Shown here: positions 62,287 through 64,000 of the stretch, one piece after another
Layout of the letters: each line of letters opens with the position of its first letter
Position numbering within the stretch: position 1 is the stretch's first letter
Source: Rhizodiscina lignyota
Taxonomy: Eukaryota
DNA length: 64,000 bases
Assembly (NCBI GenBank): GCA_010015805.1
Contig: ML978124.1
Location: forward strand, 1,302,001-1,366,000
Direction: 5' to 3'
Program-made: the position numbers and the translations under genes
Notes under the pieces: model-generated
Told to the model about the DNA's origin: nothing
Databases searched by the model: none
What the model saw: the letters and a program-made list of their open reading frames with translations, nothing else

Positions 62287-64000
62287 TCACAACCTAACCT
62301 TCGCCCCAATTCCCTTTCCCTTAAACCAAATCCCCTCCTCCCACTGGCCCAACTTGACTCCCACATCCGCCATTGCACTCAAATGAAGCTGTCCCCCAAC
62401 AGCCTTCCTTATCGCATCATACCCAACACTCCCCAGACTCCACGCCACCGGCAGCCGCGGCGTCTCACTGAACCCCGGCGGCACAGCAAACATGTCCTCG
62501 TTCAAGATGCGCCCCACCACATCGCCCTTGTAGAACGCAGTCGCATTCAGGAACGTGACGTACAGCGTATTGTGCAGCAGCGGGCTGGCCAAGGAGAAAA
62601 TGGCGGTCGAGGAGAAGAGGTGCATTGTCGCGGAGCGGATGAATTTGCCAGACGAGGCATCTGGGTCGTCCGGGGTGTTCGGATCGGACGGGGTGTGCAA
62701 TCGCGGGGCCGCGAAGATGAGCTTGAGCGCCGAGAGCGCCTTTCCCAGCGCAGGCTGGGAAGGAATCGATTCTTCATGCGCGCGCAGACTGAGGGTGGTG
62801 TTGAAGCCTGTGGTGTGGACATGGGTGAGTCATCTTCTCGCTCGAGATGTACCTATATCGGGAGCAAGCACCCACCTGACAGGTATTGGGAGATCATCTC
62901 CCTGCCGATCGCCCTACCCTTCTCCCCGCTTGCAGATGTGGGATCGTACGTCGCGATCACGGGAACCTTGCTGTTGTTGCCCGGAACAATTGTCACGTCG
63001 CGGACCGTGCCGTGCCCGAGCACGGTATCATTGACCAAAAGGTTAATGTCGATATACGGGACAGTTGCCGAATAATTCGTCGGGTTCGTGAAGTTGACCT
63101 CTGCCCGGATGGTGAGGGAGGTAGGCGTCGTCTGTAGAATGGAAAGATTCCCGATCTGGGGGGCAAGCGCCCCGAACGGATTGCGGCCGCGACCGGGGTT
63201 GCCATTGCCGCCTCGCATCGCTGATATAAACAGCCTGTAGTTAGCTTCTTGTTCGTCCTTTCTGCAGTAACGAATCCGAAAGAAGCCAAAGCTAGACGTT
63301 GGTAAGAAAGCGGTTCATAACCCACGTTTGACGGGGACCACGCCTTCTGCGGGGATTTGCTGCACGCGAATTGTGCCCAAGTCGGTTTCGAGCTCGACGT
63401 CGACGTCAGCCTTGATGGCCAGGAGAATGCCCTTCCCGCCGAAGAGGAGCTTCTGGATGACTTCCGTGAACAGGTCGCTGTTTGTAATCTTGAGTGGGGC
63501 GTCTTCAACTAGTGATTCCACTTCGAGACCGACGGGCTTGCCGTGGATACTGACGCGCGTAGAATTGGCCTGTTGCCATTTATGGAGATCTAGAACGCCA
63601 AGCTTCTTTTTCTCATAGAAGACGTCTGCATTGGCACGGACACGGCTGACATCGACTGGGAAGTTCATCTCTTCTGGTAGATTGATAAGTGCTTTTATCT
63701 TTGCCGATACCTTGGGCTGCGCATCATCGGAATCTGGCTCTGCGAATGGATCAGGCAGCTTGAAATGTACGTCTGTCAAAGAGAAGTTCCGGATTAGGTG
63801 CTCGAAAGTACGCCCAGCAAGCGAGACTGGGACAGTGATATCGGACAGGATTTCCGCGATCCATCTTGGCGTATCTGGCGAAGGCGAATCCGAGCCGCGA
63901 ACGTAGATGGTCGTATCATCTCCGTGGATATAGTTGCCGAGCAGCGCGTCAAGTGGCGACTTTTTCGAATCCGGGCACGCGTTGGTAAGCTCACTTGGTA
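62287..64000 (-). CDS. 3' part of a Tag1-like / LEA-2-repeat membrane protein (5' end beyond the window); exons >64000-63326, 63220-62876, 62807-62287
   Basis: A continuous frame across two canonical introns, with beta-rich repeats (VNFTNPTNYSATVPYIDINL, FSLASPLLHNTLYVTFLNATAF, GFSETPRLPV). The family assignment is from recollection. Confidence 0.65.

Noticed and set aside
1..64000. Apparent clustering of endosomal/vacuolar genes (VPS17, KEX1, VFA1, PQ-loop, Tag1-like)
   Set aside because: They are dispersed over 64 kb among unrelated genes, with no evidence of a functional cluster.

Overview
Eukaryotic DNA from a filamentous ascomycete fungus: short GT-AG introns with CTRAC branch sites; a Dothideomycete-like origin is my inference. 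I reconstructed about 18 protein-coding loci by hand, joining exons across introns. In order: VPS17 (5' part outside the window), MET2, an unassigned gene, an MHYT-domain membrane protein, ICE2, KEX1, COX18, ALG11, an NsdC-like C2H2 transcription factor, YVH1, VFA1, ARG4, GUT2, a SnoaL/NTF2-like protein, a damaged flavin-reductase-like gene, a PQ-loop transporter, an RGS protein, a RUS/DUF647 protein and a partial Tag1-like gene. I saw no intact transposon, rRNA gene, convincing tRNA gene or CRISPR array. The most unusual feature is a 1139-nt intron that splits the catalytic Cys codon of YVH1 and has a core dense in hairpins, a candidate intron-hosted structured RNA. Other points of interest are two separate lesions in the flavin-reductase-like gene, a possible decayed Rho-type GTPase and a tRNA-shaped relic in the gene-free interval at 24.6-31.6 kb, and decayed coding-like sequence at 16.9-21.4 kb. 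All family assignments come from recognising motifs by eye; no database searches were run.
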